From IMG/VR virus record IMGVR_UViG_3300033121_000786, positions 45,841 to 109,840 of that record: DNA of 64,000 bases; one strand, given 5' to 3'. Source of the DNA: a virus (lineage: Duplodnaviria; Caudoviricetes). The position numbers and the translations under genes are program-made. Each line of letters starts with the position of its first letter. Positions within the stretch are counted from its first letter, which is position 1. A model generated the notes under the pieces. That model was not told where the DNA came from. It worked only from the letters and a program-made list of their open reading frames with translations, and ran no database searches. This document shows, piece by piece, positions 59,331-64,000 of the stretch.

Positions 59331-59567
59331 ATGAATAAGATTTCTTTGTCTTTTGATGCTTTTGAACTTTTATGTAACACATTTTATGATGCAAGAGATT
59401 TGGTTACTCTTGATTATAAAAAAAATATTGAACTAACTCAAGAAAATTGTAGTGGTATTGGTTCTAGTTTGAAATTAAGGATTCCAATATGTTTAAAATC
59501 TGATGTAAAAGAAATAAAAGAAAATACCATACTAGAAATAGATTTAACAAATGTACAGGACTGGTAA
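59331..59567 (+). CDS. Hypothetical protein
   Basis: SGIG...D.T....W pattern. Confidence 0.55.
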   Translation: MNKISLSFDAFELLCNTFYDARDLVTLDYKKNIELTQENCSGIGSSLKLRIPICLKSDVKEIKENTILEIDLTNVQDW

Positions 59568-59570
59568 AAT

Positions 59571-59993
59571 ATGCAAAAAAATATATATGAAATATTAAAT
59601 GAATTTTCTCAAGCAAGATATAAAGATGAACGACAAAATATTCTTAGGAAATATGCTACACCGCATTTTCTAAAAGTTCTTAAATATACTTTTGATCCAA
59701 CAATTGAATTTTATGTAAAAGAATTTCCTGAAGATTATCAAAAACCAGATACTTTTCCGGGATTACGTTATGCAGGAATTGAATCCGAAATTCGTCGTGC
59801 ATATCTTTTTATTAAAGGTGATCCAACTGCTGATAAATTGACTCCACAAAAACGACATAAGATTCTTCTTGAACTTTTAGAATCCTTTGAATATGATGAA
59901 GCAAAGGTTTTTATTAATATGATGCAAAAGGATTTAAAAACTGCACATTTAACAAAAAACTTAGTAAAAGAAACTTTTCCAGACTTATTTTAA
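59571..59993 (+). CDS. Conserved T4-like hypothetical protein
   Basis: EIL...L...FDP...LLE.....EA......KDL....LT..LVKE.FP. Confidence 0.7.
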   Translation: MQKNIYEILNEFSQARYKDERQNILRKYATPHFLKVLKYTFDPTIEFYVKEFPEDYQKPDTFPGLRYAGIESEIRRAYLFIKGDPTADKLTPQKRHKILLELLESFEYDEAKVFINMMQKDLKTAHLTKNLVKETFPDLF

Positions 59994-60013
59994 TAGAGGT
60001 AATAGTAACAACC

Positions 60014-60180
60014 ATGAGTAACAAGCAACCAAAATCAAAGAAACTTCAAGATTTTGACCTAAAGAAGCCAAAGAAAATTAAAAGAGCATTGATGGATTAT
60101 TCACAAAATAAATTTGATCCTTCAAGAAAAAACAAAAAATTTTATTTACAACAAGATAATGGACAAGAATATGATCAATA
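60014..60180 (+). CDS. Small basic hypothetical protein
   Basis: Read manually as MSNKQPKSKK...QEYDQ*; GAGG SD upstream. Confidence 0.45.
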
Positions 60181-60362
60181 AAAAAATTTATGAAACTCTT
60201 AAAAATTCACCTTTTTCTTATGGAGAAGCTCTTGGAATAATTCTTGAAAATAATGGTAAACCAATTTCTTCACTTCCAGAAGAAGATTTTGTTTTTCCTG
60301 ATAATTCGGTAATACGACTTACTCATTCAGGAATTCAATTATTAGAGTTTTTACAAGAATAA
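60171..60362 (+). CDS. Hypothetical protein
   Basis: Likely start ATG 60171, overlapping the upstream stop. Confidence 0.5.
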   Translation: MINKKIYETLKNSPFSYGEALGIILENNGKPISSLPEEDFVFPDNSVIRLTHSGIQLLEFLQE

Positions 60363-60367
60363 TATTT

Positions 60368-60375
60368 TATAAATA
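60368..60375 (+). promoter_or_regulatory. Late promoter TATAAATA
   Basis: Exact consensus ~35 nt before 60409. Confidence 0.75.
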
Positions 60376-60408
60376 TATATTATTATAACAATAAAAAGGA
60401 ATGTTTTT

Positions 60409-61593
60409 ATGTCAAAACAATTTACTAAATTCAGAGAAGAATTAAATAATATAATTGAAGAAATTTATTTTGAAGACTTGGAAAATGATGTATTAGAATA
60501 TATTATCATTGATGAAGAATTTGATTTAGAAGATAAAGTTAATGCTTTATTAACTCTATATGAAAGAGATGAAGTAGAATTAAGTGAAGAAGAAGTTAAT
60601 GAATTAACTGAATCTGGAACTGCGTTGGCAATAAAAAATAATTCATTACCAAATGTTTCTTCTCCCGGAACATCAATACAACCAAAATCAGCATCAACAG
60701 TAGGACAAGTATTAAAACGTTCTGCTGAAAAGGTTGTTGGTTCTGGATCAGGAATACAAACTTCTGCAAAAAGTCTTCCTTCTCCGACTTCAACAGGATC
60801 ATCATTAGGCGCAACTGTTAAAAGTGGAGTAAAAGCGTTAGGTCCAGTTGCCGCTGCAACTATTGGTTATCAATCAGGAAAAAATAATGAAAAAGGTGGA
60901 TTTAGTAAAAGCATTGGTCGTGGTGCTTTAGCAGGAATGGGAAATCCTGCTGCAATGATTGCGGGAGGATTAGGTAATTTGGCTGGAAAAGTTACTGGTC
61001 ATAAAATGAATTCTGATTCAAGAATAAAAGGATGGGATGGGAAATCTGTGACTGATCCTACTTCAGTAACTAAACAAACTCCAGTTTCAAAACCAATTGC
61101 AACAAGAGGTTGGAGTGGAAAGAAACCAGAAACAACACAAATTGCAAAACCATCTGTTACCGATAATACTCGAAATATGACATTAACTGGTAAACCTTTT
61201 GATCCTATTTCAACTGCATTAAGAGGACCAGAATCAACTCCACAGACAAATCAATCTGCTAAACCTACATCAACTCCAGTAAAAACTCCAGTAACAAGAC
61301 CAGCAGCAACATCTAAACCTACAGTTAAACCAATCGTTCCTGTTCAACGAAAAGCATTGCCTCAAACAAAAGCAGTAGCAAAACCGGAAACCGATCCAAA
61401 CGCAGGTGGATTTAAAGCAGCAAGAACTACTGCAACTGCAAGTATGACTAAATCAGGAATTGGTAATTATAGAAATATTATTAAAGGTTCTAAAACCGAT
61501 GCTTCATTATCACCAACTCCAAAGGGATTAGCGCCACAAGGTTCAGCAAAACGTGACTCACAACTTGCTGCACAAGGATATAAGAAATTTTAA
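60409..61593 (+). CDS. Late low-complexity protein (acidic pro-region, Gly-zipper, Ser/Thr/Pro/Lys-rich); putative internal head protein
   Basis: MSKQFTKFREE; Glu-rich first ~68 aa ending ELTE; then a basic, likely disordered region. Confidence 0.65.
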   Translation: MSKQFTKFREELNNIIEEIYFEDLENDVLEYIIIDEEFDLEDKVNALLTLYERDEVELSEEEVNELTESGTALAIKNNSLPNVSSPGTSIQPKSASTVGQVLKRSAEKVVGSGSGIQTSAKSLPSPTSTGSSLGATVKSGVKALGPVAAATIGYQSGKNNEKGGFSKSIGRGALAGMGNPAAMIAGGLGNLAGKVTGHKMNSDSRIKGWDGKSVTDPTSVTKQTPVSKPIATRGWSGKKPETTQIAKPSVTDNTRNMTLTGKPFDPISTALRGPESTPQTNQSAKPTSTPVKTPVTRPAATSKPTVKPIVPVQRKALPQTKAVAKPETDPNAGGFKAARTTATASMTKSGIGNYRNIIKGSKTDASLSPTPKGLAPQGSAKRDSQLAAQGYKKF

Positions 61594-61606
61594 TAAGGAT
61601 ATATAA

Positions 61607-62425
61607 ATGTATATTAATAAATTAACTTCAGAACAATTGTTTTATATCTTAAATGAGGAAGTAACTACTAAAGATCAAAAACAAAACGCTTTTATTGAAT
61701 TAGTTAATAGAAATGAAATTGATATTTCTGATCCTGTTATAATGGAAAATTGGCATGATTATTATAGTCATTTAACTGGAACAGATAAACCTGGAAATTG
61801 GGCCGATAGAATGGGGAAGAGACTTGCAAATGTTTATTTGAAAGTTACTGGTAAAGATAAAGTAAATAAAGCAAAGACTCCAGATGATCCAACAAAATAT
61901 ATGGGTCAAAAACAGAAAGATCGTTGGGAAAAAGCAAATCCAATTGCAGCAGATCAAGTAAAGAAAAAACTTCCTGCAACTGATGACGAAGATTCTCCAA
62001 GTTATCAACAACAAATTAGAAAACAAAATTCTAATACAAATAAAACTGATGAACCTTCTGATCAAGAATCTGATGGACCAATAGATTATAAAAAAATGAA
62101 AAAAGACCTTGGGGACTTAGTAGATAAAACTTTTCCAAAATTTCCTGAATATAAATCTCCAGAAAATCCTACATCAAAACCAATTACTCAACCTAAAACA
62201 ATAGAAACACCAAAACCAATTACTCAACCTAAAACAATAGAAACACCAAAACCAATTACTCAACCTAAAACACCAGAACCAATTAAATCGCCAATTGCAC
62301 AAACTTTTAAAAAAACAACAGATACCTTTAAAAATGCAGAAGGAAAGTTAGATAATGCTACAAAAGGATTTGAAAATGCTAGTGCAAAATTAGATAGATT
62401 ATTTGCTGGAAGCAGAATTAAATAA
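61607..62425 (+). CDS. Late disordered protein with Pro/Thr/Lys repeats
   Basis: ILNE and IME sites near the N-terminus; KPITQPKTIETP repeats. Confidence 0.6.
   Translation: MYINKLTSEQLFYILNEEVTTKDQKQNAFIELVNRNEIDISDPVIMENWHDYYSHLTGTDKPGNWADRMGKRLANVYLKVTGKDKVNKAKTPDDPTKYMGQKQKDRWEKANPIAADQVKKKLPATDDEDSPSYQQQIRKQNSNTNKTDEPSDQESDGPIDYKKMKKDLGDLVDKTFPKFPEYKSPENPTSKPITQPKTIETPKPITQPKTIETPKPITQPKTPEPIKSPIAQTFKKTTDTFKNAEGKLDNATKGFENASAKLDRLFAGSRIK
62175..62272 (+). repeat. 36-bp perfect coding tandem repeat, ~2.7 copies
   Basis: CAAAACCAATTACTCAACCTAAAACAATAGAAACAC units start at 62175, 62211 and 62247. Confidence 0.9.
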
Positions 62426-62654
62426 CAGAGAATTAATATGGAAACATTTTTAGAAATTTATAAACAAATCATACTATTAGGATCGGGAATACTACTTTTA
62501 TCTATTCCTTTAATCAATATTAATAATAAATATAAAACAAAAGAAGTTAAAGAAAATCATCTTAAATAATGTTTAATAAAATATGTTTAGCACTTTTAGT
62601 ATTATTATCATTCGCTAATTTCTTATTACAATTAATACATATAAAAGGATTTTT

Positions 62655-63122
62655 ATGATATCAGAACAAACATATAAAGATTTATCAATTAGATTAAATG
62701 CCATAAGAAACGATCCATCAAAACAAAAAGAAGTTGCTGAAATAAAAAAACAACAAAATGATATGTTTGATGATCTTTTAGACCCAGAAGATAAAGAATC
62801 TAATACAGAAACACCAAAAAAATCTACATTATCAAAAATAAAATCTATTATTAAAGATAAAAAAAAAATAACAGAAGAAAAAATGAATAAACATCATATT
62901 ATGTCAATGTGGAATTCTGGTTCTTCAGATGAAGAAATTATAAAAAAATATGGTCAAAAGGAATTTGATAAATTAAAAGCAAAATATGGGGAAAAATCAA
63001 TCCCTCCAAGTGATTTATATGGATTTAAACCAAAATTGGATGATGTACAAAAACAACATCATGGTATTATTGGTCCTGGTGCAAAATTAAAACAAATCAT
63101 TAAAAAAGAAAATTCTAAATAA
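62655..63122 (+). CDS. Lys-rich hypothetical protein
   Basis: 155-aa ORF with SD; ISE and ITE sites. Confidence 0.55.
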   Translation: MISEQTYKDLSIRLNAIRNDPSKQKEVAEIKKQQNDMFDDLLDPEDKESNTETPKKSTLSKIKSIIKDKKKITEEKMNKHHIMSMWNSGSSDEEIIKKYGQKEFDKLKAKYGEKSIPPSDLYGFKPKLDDVQKQHHGIIGPGAKLKQIIKKENSK

Positions 63123-63131
63123 AATTATTTA

Positions 63132-63797
63132 ATGAATATTAAAATATTGTTATTGTCCTGTGAAGAACTTATTAAACAATTTGATAAGTTTCCGTATATT
63201 ATAGTTCATAATAATAAAATTGTTAAAAAATCAGAATTAATACTTCCAGAATTTGAAGATATTATATTCAAAGATATTGATAATGTATTTAATATAAACA
63301 ATAAAGTATATAATATTAGTAAGTTTTTTTGTGAACCAAACTGTGATTTTTATATTTTTATTGATATTACGAACATTAATGATATATTAAATGGAAAAAT
63401 ACATGAAGTGGAAAATGTAAAAATGGCTCATATTGGAATAGATATTATTGATGAACAACATAATAATATGTGTGAAATAATATCTAATATTGAATATTAT
63501 TATAAAATTGGTAATACTAATTTAGAATTAATTATTACCGAGTTGCTAAAATTAATGAAATTGACTAAAGAACATTTTTTCACTGAAGAAAGATTGATGG
63601 ATGATATAAAAGGGAATGATACATATATAACAGAACATAAACTAGAACATACTAAATTACTTAATCAATTAACATTAATGGTAGGACAATTAGACATGTT
63701 TAATATAATAAAAATAATAAAATATTTAAAATCATGGATGTTAACTCATACAAACGACTATGACAGGAGGTTAGTTGGTTTAATAAACTGCGATTAA
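63132..63797 (+). CDS. Hemerythrin-domain protein
   Basis: IG...IDEQH, HF..EE.LM, HK.EH, W...H....D di-iron ligand set in the C-terminal half. Confidence 0.88.
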   Translation: MNIKILLLSCEELIKQFDKFPYIIVHNNKIVKKSELILPEFEDIIFKDIDNVFNINNKVYNISKFFCEPNCDFYIFIDITNINDILNGKIHEVENVKMAHIGIDIIDEQHNNMCEIISNIEYYYKIGNTNLELIITELLKLMKLTKEHFFTEERLMDDIKGNDTYITEHKLEHTKLLNQLTLMVGQLDMFNIIKIIKYLKSWMLTHTNDYDRRLVGLINCD

Positions 63798-63877
63798 GCA
63801 TAGAATAAGCATATTATACCCTTGGTTACCCCCTTACCAGCATTAAAAACACAAAATCCCCAAAAAAACAATAGAAA

Positions 63878-63957
63878 GATCAATAAGTTACAAAGCAAAA
63901 AAGTCAAAAAAGGCATTATTTTCCTTCTCTTGACAAGATGAGAAAAGATGGTATAAT
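63878..63957 (+). promoter_or_regulatory. sigma70-type early promoter with upstream IHF-like site
   Basis: ATCAA-TAAG-TTA at 63879-63890 among A-tracts; TTGACA-N16-TATAAT at 63930-63957. Confidence 0.6.
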
Positions 63958-64000
63958 AACACCATAGAAAGAGAAATGTGTTAAAAAATCATGAATAAAT

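Noticed and set aside
4682-62065. Short minus-strand ORFs opposite core genes (e.g. 5855-6226, 9144-9461, 52585-52959, 57335-57850, 61772-62065)
   Set aside because: Antisense to well-supported genes, without SD or motifs; expected by chance.
1-64000. Stop-codon reassignment or tRNA genes
   Set aside because: Core genes are full length in the standard code with TAA, TGA and TAG all used as stops; no cloverleaf with a T-loop motif was seen in intergenic gaps.

Overview
A 64-kb, very AT-rich segment of a large T4-like myovirus genome, standard genetic code. Genes switch strand once, at a ~740-bp non-coding region (2595-3337). That region holds a mirror-symmetric set of ssDNA-type hairpins and a promoter-driven, highly structured ~400-nt RNA, and is a candidate primer-RNA/origin module. 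To its right lie: (i) the T4 core block (gp55, gp47, gp46, ligase-like, gp45, gp44, gp62, regA, hsp20, gp43, uvsX, gp40, gp41); (ii) a ~16.5-kb glycan island with enzymes for GDP-fucose/colitose and a yersiniose-type branched 3,6-dideoxysugar, plus 6-7 glycosyltransferases; (iii) a late-promoter block whose proteins carry T4 capsid-targeting-like N-termini, including an RNA-ligase-like, a pol-beta/HIGH double nucleotidyltransferase and a P-loop kinase module; (iv) GH19 endolysin, gp61 primase, MazG, class II RNR, PMI fusion, PMM, RNase H and a hemerythrin. Four self-splicing elements are visible: an ORF-less group I intron in a glycosyltransferase gene and inteins in gp55, the GDP-fucose/colitose synthase and NrdJ. 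All family assignments come from motif recognition by eye; no searches were run.
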